Positions 1 to 14,700 of a DNA stretch of 64,000 bases are shown one piece after another. Both the position numbers and the translations under genes were made by a program. The stretch comes from Trichoplax adhaerens (Eukaryota > Animalia > Placozoa), in contig NW_002060943.1 of the NCBI RefSeq assembly GCF_000150275.1, positions 7,386,066-7,450,065 of the forward strand, written 5' to 3'. The notes beneath the pieces are model-generated. The model was not told the origin of the DNA. It worked only from the letters and a program-made list of their open reading frames with translations, and searched no databases. How positions within the stretch are numbered: position 1 is the stretch's first letter; every line of letters begins with the position of its first letter.

Positions 1-112
1 GGAATTAATCGTTCAAAAATTAACATAAAGCATAACCTTTTGATGCAATATCTGTAATATCAACGGGTTTCATATGCTCTACTGCCTCATTAATATTAAT
101 ATTTCTGATTAG

Positions 113-3319
<3,207 letters not shown>

Positions 3320-3676
3320 AGTAATTGTTTTCCGTGTGTCGCGTCTTTCATTATGGTCTATAACAAGTTCTGGCGACTAATTTATTTTGAAATTATTACT
3401 TTTACATGAAGTTGCCAAAAAAATTTTAATACCACTTTTGATTCTCAAATGATTATAGATTGAGCGTGTTTATTACATTTCACAGCCGTTAAATTAAATA
3501 TATGTACTATGTGAAATACTTTGATACCGGTTTCTGTAAAAAGCCAGTAGTACGGATGTATTCGCATAATTAGGTTATTATAGTAAGTATATTTCCGAAA
3601 CATATTTGGAACAACCTGAAATTCACTACGGCACAGTTTGTATTTGTTACATAGAAATGCTTTAATATTGATGCAT

Positions 3677-6600
3677 TTATCGAAATTGAAGAGCTTTGAT
3701 TGCCATTTCTAAAGCGCCTTCTTTTGTTTTGTTACCACCAATAAATCCACCCATATGAACAAAGATACAATCTTTGATCCCACTTTCATTACTTAAGTCG
3801 GCTTCCCGTAGTCCACGCCAGTTTTGAGGAAGCGACAATCTAGCATAAAAAATTTGTTCAACGATAAGCATAGATTTTAATCGATATTTTAGGCATTTTA
3901 AGCATATCGATCCACTTTACCTGTTTTCAAACCTCTTATGTCTTTCTGGCACACACTGTACTCTCCAATTGTTATTCTGATCCGAATATAAAACATATTT
4001 AAGCGTCGGATTGGTCTGCAATTTTTGTTCAATGACATATAAATGCTCTTTCCAAGGGCATCCACCATTTTCAAGTAGTATTATTTCTCCACTTTCATGA
4101 ATCTAAAATGAATCAAAACAAAAGCCGTTGACTTATGAGCTTCCCTCACAGTTTCTTTTGGTGATACAGAATAGAATACGACCGATCTACTTCTATAAGA
4201 ATGTAATAAAGTCAATATCGTGCGAATATGATATCAGTTCAAGACTTACTTGATGTCGATTCTTAACCGCAGCTTCAACGATTTCCCTAGCTGGATACCA
4301 AACATTGCAAAAGTATAAAATTTTATCTCGAAGTTCCGAGCCAACTAAATCCATTGCTTTAACAAATTCTTTCTAAGAGTAAAATTAGTCTAGTTAATAC
4401 CACCTTTATACAGTGATTCTTGTAACCATAGCAAGAATGTGAATGATGGTTAGTACATTGTGTAATACAATATTTATCGTAGATTATGAAATGTTACAAT
4501 TGACTTTAACGAGATGTCCTACTATATAGTGTGATAGTATGATAACTCGATTTAGATAAATGCGTTCTCGAAGATACGCCAATTCTTATCAGAGATAAAT
4601 ATGAGCTTTACAACATTTTTAGGCCATTACTAATTGAAAATATTATCTATTTTATTCATACATGAATATTATTAGACTATGATAAATTCCTAAATTTAAC
4701 TCCGATTAACTATGCATATACTGTCGTGTAATAAAAGTATATCAGATTATGTCTCATTAGCTTTTAAATAGTATTGGCATAAATGAGATAACTTATAACT
4801 AGGAACAGTCGCACTTGGGGTAGTGTGTCACTAAAATAAGTTGCGAACTACCGAATGCACTCACCAACGGATTAATCTATAGTAGTGGGTAGCATTTAAA
4901 ATATCTTCAAGCTAAGCTATAGTCTATCAGCTTTCCTAACTAATTAGCTTTCTTCTAGACATTACTAGTGAAGTAATTACCTTATCGTAAATAGCCCTCA
5001 GTTATAGTTAAAATTTGTTGCGAGATCTACTTTACATGTGATAAAATAGCAGCGATTTAACGTCGATAATTTTTTTCCAAAAATCATATCACCGTAGTAG
5101 ATGTGAAACGAATGAAAGAGTAATAAACGAAACAATGCATACAATAGCTAGGCATACATAAATTTCTATATTCGCAATATACTGTAATGATTAGAGCAAT
5201 AAAATAAAGATATTACGATAACATCAAGAAAGATATCTTCGCGTAGGTACGTAATGATAATAAATTATGAAAATTAGACAGATCTATATTGCATTAAAGT
5301 CTGCCTAAAAAATTTAAATTAATTAGTCAATTGTATGTGGTTGACAGTGACGTACATCAGGTAGTGGTTGCTTGCAATTCCATGCAGGATTTAGATGGCT
5401 TACACGAGCACTGACGCCAGTTGTAATTAAATACCTGTTGAATGGAAGTTCAGAACGCATGAAAATGTTATCTTAATAAGAGGAAATAGAGATATAGAAT
5501 AGATATCTAAATAATATATTGTATATACACATACTTCGAATATTGTTACTGGATAATTGAGTAGTGCACGCTTAAGCGAATTAATGGAATAAATACATCG
5601 CCGGTATAATAGATAAAGGTATTCCAAATTCTAACACAAGCAGTAGAATTGTAATAGCAACACCTATTGTAAATATTTTTACACTTACTGGTTTTAAACT
5701 AAATAAGACAATTTACGTAAGTAATTGTATTTCTAGTCATCATGCTAAAGATCATCTTGTGCACTGTAAATGTAAAATTATACAGGTACATCTAAACAAA
5801 GCACATCAGTAAAAGTACAACTATAGTAGTCTCCTAAAATTAATAAACACTACCTCGCCGTTTCCTCCGTTTGAGAAATTCCATTGTCAATGGCATCAAT
5901 CTCCTCCAAGAAATTTTCATATACTTTATCGTAAATGATATTTAATACGTTTGAATCCAATTCTCTATTAGCGATTTCTGTAATAACGCGACGGCCATAA
6001 TGCAGGTAAATTAAACCGGCACTACTTAATTTCGTTTGATAATTGAGAGAACCCAGAGATTGCATAGTTCCATCGAAGGTTCTAAATTATTTGTTATATA
6101 AAAATTTAAATCGACTCTGCTAACGCATTATAGGTGTGTGTACGCACATATATTACATGCAGTACTTTAAATAGTATATTGAAAGTTTATGTGTTTTATC
6201 CTAGAGTTTAATATCCAATATTTTTGCTGCAACCACTATCAAGTATGATACAGTAAAATGAGAAATACTTTTGCTATATTCAGGGTTAGGCAGCTCATTG
6301 CAAAATCGCCTAATCCGATTACAAAGCGCGTGTTGACAGAGCTGGTAATTAAAATCTTGGCTTTAGTATTGTACAAGATCTACAGTATGTTATTGTAACA
6401 TACTGTACGTACTGTACTTAAGCAAATTTTTCTGTAAAGTACACTGTACAAGTTAGTAGTATGAATTTGTAATCACGATCGGAAATGATACATTTCTTAA
6501 ATAGTCGTAATTTAGGCTGTTGTTAGATAAATTTAAGACATTATATGGAATTGTTCAACATTATCAATCTACCTTTGGTGATGATCATAACGATTTTTAT

Positions 6601-6811
6601 CATGATCATATATCCCACCGACATCGACAACGATATCACAGGTATCCAGCAATTTTTCATCGCGAGTGCGAATAACTTCAGCTGATGTATATTCAGGAAG
6701 TGTTTTCAGCATGTAGCAGGCAAGAGCCTCATCACAGTGAAATGTTCCATTGTGTGTACCAATTTTTTTCCCCATAGCATACGTTTTTTGCCTTTTAGGC
6801 ATAGAATACAT
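3677..6811 (-). CDS. MYG1: MYG1 exonuclease (C12orf10/UPF0160, DHH-like)
   Basis: Spliced minus-strand exons encode [30 protein letters not shown]...[58 protein letters not shown] and [12 protein letters not shown]...[23 protein letters not shown], all hallmark MYG1 motifs. The start codon is uncertain (see findings). Confidence 0.95.
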
Positions 6812-7429
6812 ACTAGAGAAGAATACAGGCAGAGCAGTAGCAGGTCTTTTAGCACTTAGGGATGTAACTGTTAAACCGTATCGCCAGATAGAGCCTATAC
6901 GATGAATTATGAAAGTGTGTCAGTATTATCTTATATTGATTTTTGTTTGCTTAATAAGTATGTACAATTTGCACAAGTCTCGATTGCAAGATGCGATTGG
7001 TCTGCAGAATATATAAAGTTCTAGAAGCTATCAGCGGTCTCGAAACTGTGCAGTGCTTACATGCAGTAATAATCCTAATTAATTAAATATTAAGTATTCT
7101 ATAATTAATTTAGAGTGCACCAGCTATACTGGTGTAAATTGTAAGTTAATATCAGAAGCAGCTCATCGATTTGACAATTTAAAGATTTTATGTTCAGTAC
7201 CACTTGCCTCTCACAATTGCAAATTGAATGAGTTCCGTGTTGGGAATCAGAGTCGTATTCGAGTTGCAGCGAAATAGAGATAACCTTTAATAATTTCGAG
7301 GCAAATATTAGCAGCAATGATGGCAAATCAGTATACTCGTATTGTACACTTAAATGCACATGCTAGTCAATCTCTTACCCTTTTTTTACTGTGATGGAAA
7401 ATTTCTGCAAATGTAAGCATAATATTTGG

Positions 7430-8235
7430 CCGTCCAGTGTCCAGTGTCCATGCCACTGCCACTTGACAACTCAACCGACATTGTCAGTTGTACACTCACA
7501 GTGTACAGTACAGTACTGTATGACGGTAGCTTTTACGCTCTGTACTGTACTGTACTGTACTATAAGCGTACAGTACATTTCACTCAGATAGAGATACTGT
7601 ACACTGTACAGTGTACAGTACACTATCTCTACCGTCCAGTGTCCAGTGTCCATGCCACTGCTACTTGCCTGACTGGCGGCGACGTCGCACTGACAACTCA
7701 ACCGACATCGTCAGTTGTACTGTACAGTATGACGGTAGCTTTTACGCTCTGTAGTACTGTAAGCGTACAGTACATTTCACTCAGATAGAGATACTGTACA
7801 CTGTACAGTGTACAGTACAGTATCTCTACCGTCCAGTGTCCAGTGTCCATGCCACTGCCACTTGCCTGACTGGCGGCGACGTCGCACTGACAACTCAACC
7901 GACATCGTCAGTCGTACAGTACAGTACAGTACTGTACTGTACAGTATGACGGTAGCTTTTACGCTCTGTACTGTCAGCGTACAGTACATTTCACTCAGAC
8001 AAGATACTGTACACTGTACAGTGTACAGTACAGTATCTCTATCAACCATCATGGAACAGTACAGAACTGTACAGTATCTGTAGTTTCAACCACCAGGTGC
8101 ACGAAAATTCAATCAATGGTCTACAGTACAGTACTGTACTGTTCTGTACAGTATAGTGTACGGTACTGTATTGCACCGTACTGTACTGTACTGTACAGTC
8201 ACTAGCTTACAGTACAGTACAGTACGATACTGCAC
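7430..8235. repeat. Three ~200-bp tandem units plus a (CAGTA/TACTG)-rich tail in the MYG1/PBRM1 head-to-head interval
   Basis: Units start at about 7430, 7632 and 7829 with ccgtccagtgtccagtgtccatgccactgc. Each contains the 26-bp perfect palindrome tactgtacactgtacagtgtacagta (7595-7620, 7792-7817, 8005-8030). Confidence 0.95.
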
Positions 8236-8714
8236 ACTCAAAGACAGATCTTTAGCGGAAGCCCATGTCCTTCATGACTACAGTATAAAAAAAGTACTGT
8301 ACTGTACCAATGTACTGTACAATTAGCTGTTGGCTGCTGTGCAGGCAGCGTATCAAGAAGTATCAAGTAGGAGAAATCGAGTCCGGCCGCTTGAAGTCCG
8401 GTACGATAGGATTGGTGATACTGTTGCAACAATCGCTGTACAGAAAGTCAAGTGGAGCAAAACTTTCAAAGTTCACAACCGCGAAACTAAAAAAAAAATT
8501 GAATTAATAATATAATACAGTACTATAGCATCTAGCATCTTTTCTTCTAGAAGTTTGGATAGCACGTTGCATGACGATTGAAATACAACCTGCTTCATTG
8601 TATTATCGATTAAAGTAACTTGAGCATTTGGGTAACTATTGACGGTGTATTGGTAGCGCCAATTGGCATTGCTAACGACCTTTTCAGGCAGGAAGAGCTG
8701 TTTCGATCGAAACC

Positions 8715-11700
8715 ATGGACATACAAGAAACTAGTAGCAGTAAAAGAAAACAAACTAATAGCACTGAAGAGGTTGATGCTAAGCAGAAAAGAAGGAAATT
8801 GACCCATACTGAAACTAATTCTAATTATGTAAGCGAGATTTTGATTGAACTGTTCAAAGCCTTCAAGATACAACGAACATGAACTGATTTGAAAGCTAGC
8901 CAATGACTTGTGTTATTTCCAAATGGTCAATTTTAACTTTTAAATTAAAGATTTACACTAGTAATCGTATACATTGTCAAGATGTATTACATTTCAATAT
9001 TATATGGGTATCATACGTAAGAAGTTGTTTAAGGTAGTTGTATTTAATCTACAATTACTACGTAGAAATCATCACCTGTAAAAGGAGTCATGCACTTACT
9101 TACAGTATTTATTAGTCATTCATGTTGTATCATAGTCTTCAGTTGTATAGAATTCTATTGTTTGGCTAGCGTTGACTCTGCAATACTGTATGTGGATTTG
9201 ACACAGACATTGGACACCGGTTGACTGTATGATCTTCAAACAGTGATGTTTAAAAATTTTTTCATTGAAACTTTTCTTTTTGATAAATAGTACAAATAAT
9301 ATTTACTCCATAATGACTTTGTTAACACAAAATCGATGGGGATTTACCGCAATCAATTGAAAGTCCAATTTTCTTTTCGACGTTTTCTACTTCTATCTAT
9401 TTGTGGTGCAGTAAAGCAAATTGCAATCATTTGCGCGCTTGATAGATCGTTGTGATTTTTTTTTTCTTCGGCTTTATTCATTATCACTTCACGCAATGGC
9501 TTCGTATTATCTTTCCCTTTGTTGAAATTTTGGGTTCCTTTGAGTACGTCGCTTCAATGAATTTTGCTCTAATAAGAGCAATGATTGCAAATCGTAAAGT
9601 ATTTGCCATTTTCAGTGGCCATGTTGGTTTAAGATTAGATATGTTAAATGACTGTAAAGGAAAAAATTACTTTCGATCCATGCATCGATTTTGAATTGAC
9701 AACTGGCTGATTATTGCGACATAATATTTACAAAGAGAAATTAAAGTCGTCAGTTATGTCAGTAACAAGTGTGCAACGCTTGTAATTTAAGCTGCACTAC
9801 GTTTGACATGGAAGACACGTTTGGTCTATATCTCAATGAGAAGAGGCAGTATTAAGTTGTCCACTTCAATGCCAGTTGTAGGAAGTTTTTATATCTTTCA
9901 GTATACTTTTCTTTGGCATAGTTTTAGCGAATTTTGCCACAAGAGAGCAATGATTGTAAATCGGAAATGATTTATACTCTGTATTTTTGCTAAGAATCAA
10001 AGAAAAAGATGGGTAACTTTAACATGCAATGGGTTTACCATAAAATTCGAAGGGAAGAGTAATGACGAAAGTATTCAATATCAAGTTTCAAAAGTGGTCG
10101 TAGCAATTTCTATACTTTTCAATACATCTTAGCGTCACATTCCCCTTCAGTGAATTTTGCTCCAACAGCAATCGAAAAAATATTAGCATTTTTTGTCATC
10201 ATTTGGCTAGTAATAAATGAATTGGTGTTGTAAATTGTATAACATGGACACAAAATAAGGATTTACTGTTAATTCCAATAAGGAGCAATAACTGAGCATT
10301 GAATAGTAACTTTTAAAAGTGGTTGCGGCAATTTTCATGCCTTTCGATACACGTTGGCGTTCTAGTTTCGCTTCAGTAAATTTTTCTCTATGAGCAATGA
10401 TTGCAAATCAAAAATTTCAGCGTTTTATTGTCATTTGGCTAGCAATGAATGAATTGATGTTGTAAAATGCACAACACCGACGCAGAATAAGTGTTTACTA
10501 CTATCTTAATTCCAATGAGAGAACTGAGTGTTTACATAGTAAGCTTTAATGGTGGTTATAGTAATTTTCATGCCCTTTAAAACATGTTGACGTCGTAGTT
10601 CGCTTCAGTGAATTTTTCTCTAATAGCAAGAATTGCAAATCGAAATATCGGCGCTTTATCGTCATTTGGCTAGCGATAAATGAATAGATGTTCTAAATTT
10701 GTACGACATTAAGGAAAAATATATGTTGATCATTAGTTTCAAAGAGAAGAGCTAATGATTCTATGTTAATATTGTTAAGTAATAAGTTTCAAAAGTCGCT
10801 TCAACCATTTTTGCTCGCAGAAAAATGATTACAAATCGGGAAATATCGACGCTTTATCGTCATTTGGGTAGTGATAAATGAATAGAAATTACTCAAAGTT
10901 GAATATACATATTTGTTTTTCATAATTCTCAAGAATCAATAATTAAATGTTAAGTAATAGTTTAAAAATGACTGTAACAATTTTTATACCTTTCAATACA
11001 TCTTTTCTTAGCGTCGCAGTCTCGCTTCAATAAATTTGTTCTTAAGAGGAATAATTGCACATCAGAAAATGATCATCTCTTTCATGAATCAAGTCTTATT
11101 AACTGTAAATTGTATCTAAAATTTCATCTTAGATACAATTTGGAATAGTCAGAACATATCAACTTAATCAGCAGGATAATAATTTAAATGATTGATATAT
11201 ACGTACATCCTAAATTGCTTAATTTAATGCTGCCCTTGGGATAAAGTAACAGTACATACATAGTCATGTGTGTATGTTTGCAGTAGGGTTAGCTCTTAAA
11301 CTTTAGAATAATCTTGTAATCTATCAAATTAGCCAATCATTTAAATGACCTACCTTGCATATAGGCTGCTGAATGCAGACATTATTAACTAAGCTTACCT
11401 TACTGTTTCATGCTGAGAATTTCTTGGCTCGCTTTGTATCACTTAAATAAGATTTATGTTTTTGTTGATATTGTCTTTTTTAACCATCCACTACGATCGT
11501 TATTTTATCTACTTTTTTACTACAAAATAAACGATATAAATTAGTTAAATTGCTTACATTAGGTAGTAACCTGATACTATTTTTACAGAGAATTCATTAA
11601 AATACGTACAGTATAGAAAGAGCGAAATCATGCACGCATTATTGAAATTTTTTAAGCTGGTTATCAACGTTGTGTGGTCAAACTGATTCACCAGTGTGTG

Positions 11701-14700
11701 CAATAATTCATTAGTGTATTGCGTAAGTGGTTATCTTCTCCAGTGTTTTATTAGCAATTGAATCATATAAGAACTAATCATATAGTCGCTGCAGTATAAT
11801 GATAATATAAAATGAAGCCTTTCCACTGGTGACCTTGTTAATTTCAGCGATACAGATTTACGTAAACTACGATTTATAGCAGCGGTTCTTCACTATCTTT
11901 ATTTCATATTTGTAACAATTTCTTAAATAACGATTGTACGATGAGAGAATTATTGATATAACTAAAAGAGAGATACTGCAATTTTTATTAACTAAATAAC
12001 GCAGCCATAAGTTTCTATGATCTTGCTATAAAGCTAGTAGAAAAACGCCTTCGATTTCAGTACCATAAATGTGTTGAAAGACTTAGTATTGCTTATGCAG
12101 TAGCTCACGTATTCATTTTCAATACTCAATAATTGCTTTACTTGCACTTTCTATGCTAGATTGAAGAATTTAACAATAAAGGTAATGCGACCGTTTCTGG
12201 TAATAGCAAAAGTACTATGAGAAAGCTTATAAATGACGTCCGACAACTAAAAGATGATACCGGTAGATTAATTTGTGAGATGTTTATCGAGCTGCCTTCA
12301 CAAGAGGTAAGACCATATCAATAATGCAGCACTTGCATAGCTATTGGTACGGCTTCATTTTAAATTTGTAATCGAACTACACTTTAGCTCAGTACACTCC
12401 TAGAATACTGTAGGTAGTCGTTGATATCCGTATCAGATCTTAATTGCAGGAGAAATATTTAATAAAAATCTTTGTTTCAAGTTGCATTCTGCGAATCATA
12501 ACAACGACATTAGTGCACAAGACAGTAATAATATAAATAACTAAAATTGAGTGATTATATTATTAATAAGCCAATCTTTATTAACAAATGCTGCACTAAG
12601 TGTAAATACAATATCTCTGGTAGGGGATTGTGAGATAAATAATTCGGTATTGCTGTGTACAGTACTCACTTAATAGTCGGCTCACAACTGTATAAGTCTA
12701 TTATTAGATGATGTTTGATTTATATTATGTCGCGTAAAAGCTAATCAATTTGTAATGCTTATACTATATATTTTATTTAATGGTCACTGTATCGCTTGCG
12801 AACTTCCTAGGAATATCCTGACTACTATGTTATTATAAAGGAGCCAATCGATCTTACCATCATAGATCGACGCCTTAAGGTAATACTAGTGATTAGTAAC
12901 GAATCTACAACTTGATTAGATTTAAATAAAATACTTAAATATCATATAGGTACCATCCTCATAAAAGCCAAGTATTGATATTGTCATTGTAATTATGAAA
13001 TTTTGAACTCATTAACATCATCTGAATAATTGTTTTGCTTTCATCAGGGAGGACACTATAGAGACTTATTAGGATTGCGAGACGATCTTCTTCTAATGAT
13101 TAAAAATGCTCATAAATTCAACCAACCTGGTTCGTCTATCTACCAAGTTAGTATTGTGATGGCCATAACATGTAGACATATTTGGGTTTTGTAATTGGTA
13201 TTGTAGTTTCTTAATGTAAGATTTTAAGCGATTAAGAGGGAATATCGTGAATGTGCCAGTCAAGCATTGTATATAGATTACACAGTTTGGATGTCGTGTT
13301 GCAATTGTCTTATGGCTAAAACAGCAATGCTATAGTGGCGTCATTACTTAGTGTGCATAGTACTTTGTTAGTATTATAAGTAGGGTTTGTTAATGTTTTG
13401 TTTTATCGATTTAATGTTGATCGTTTTGAACCGTTCGGACTGTACTGTTACTGATTACAGCCATTTAAAAATAAAGCTTGTTCTGGTATATAATGTTAAA
13501 CAAATTTTACTTATCATTTATGATGATACATTCCTTGCAGTATTCATGGCTTTTAAATTTAATTTATGCAACAAAATTTTATATTGTATAATCTTGCATT
13601 GTATATAATGATCTAACCATGATAAGTTGCCGTAGCAATAACTAATCGAGTACTAAAAATTTATTACAAGGATGCTACAATTATTAAGAAAAGCGTAAAT
13701 GTGTTTTGCAACAAGCTTCAAAGTGCCAGTGGAGAGCAATCAATTTCAAGTAGAGCTTCGACTACGTAAGTAAATAATGACAAAGAGTTTGAAATTAATG
13801 TCGTGTCGAAATTATTACTAACTAGGTTCTAAAATAGTGATCCTTAATTTCGAAGTAATTTATTTGTAAATATCGTGAAGCATTAATGTTGAATTAAAAT
13901 TATATTTTTCAGTGTTAGTGAAGAAGCTTCATCGGTTGCTAATGCGTCCGAGGTAATGCTACAGAACGTGCTAATAGTATTAGCCATTGCAGTCATATTT
14001 ATTAATTTTTTGTAACTTTAGGACGAGAAAAAGGAAGAAGTAAACATATACTTTACATTATACGATACAGTAACAGAATTTATCAATTCTAATGATCAAA
14101 GTTTGTCAGATGAACTCACCAAGTTGCCATCCAAAAAGTTCGTTTAAGAATCTAATTATCATTCAATAAATCTAATTGCTGTATTGAGAAAATTCTCATC
14201 AAGTCAACAGCATTTAAAGCAAGTTTTTCTTTACCAATAGGGCAAACCGAGCATATTACGAAGTGGTGAAAAATCCCTTAAGTTTATTCAAAATTCAATC
14301 AAGACTACGAGTAAGTAATTAAATAAAATGATGGTTGTTATTGTAAGTAGTTAGGCATTGTTAGTGAAACTATTAGAGTTACTTTACGTTAAAAAGTTGG
14401 TAAGTAATTACTTAGTAAGGTTTAAAAAATAAAGAATTTGTTTTAAAGTTTATTTCGTAATGTTATTCTTACAGGCAAACTATTATGATAAACTGGAGAA
14501 GTTGTATGATGATTTAGATCTCACTTTGCAAAATGCTCAACTCGTTAATGAATCTTCTTCCAAAGTATATAAGGTAGATATCTTTGCAAAACTTGCAATT
14601 TGTTAATTTTTTATCATGATAGACTTTAATTTGTCATGTTAGTGGACGAGTTACTTAATTACCGTAAATGCAACAATCTATAGGATGCGACTAAATTAAG

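Noticed and set aside
7391-8083. Cys/Tyr/Thr/Val-rich ORFs on both strands
   Set aside because: These are translation artefacts of the palindromic CAGTA repeat, with no domain features.
11590-11722. Exon-like segment (ag...gtaagt) in PBRM1 intron 1 as the missing bromodomain 1
   Set aside because: The phase-0 readings hit stops and show no bromodomain motifs.
13626-13639. X-box-like gttgccgtagcaat
   Set aside because: It lies deep in a PBRM1 intron with no nearby gene start; probably chance.
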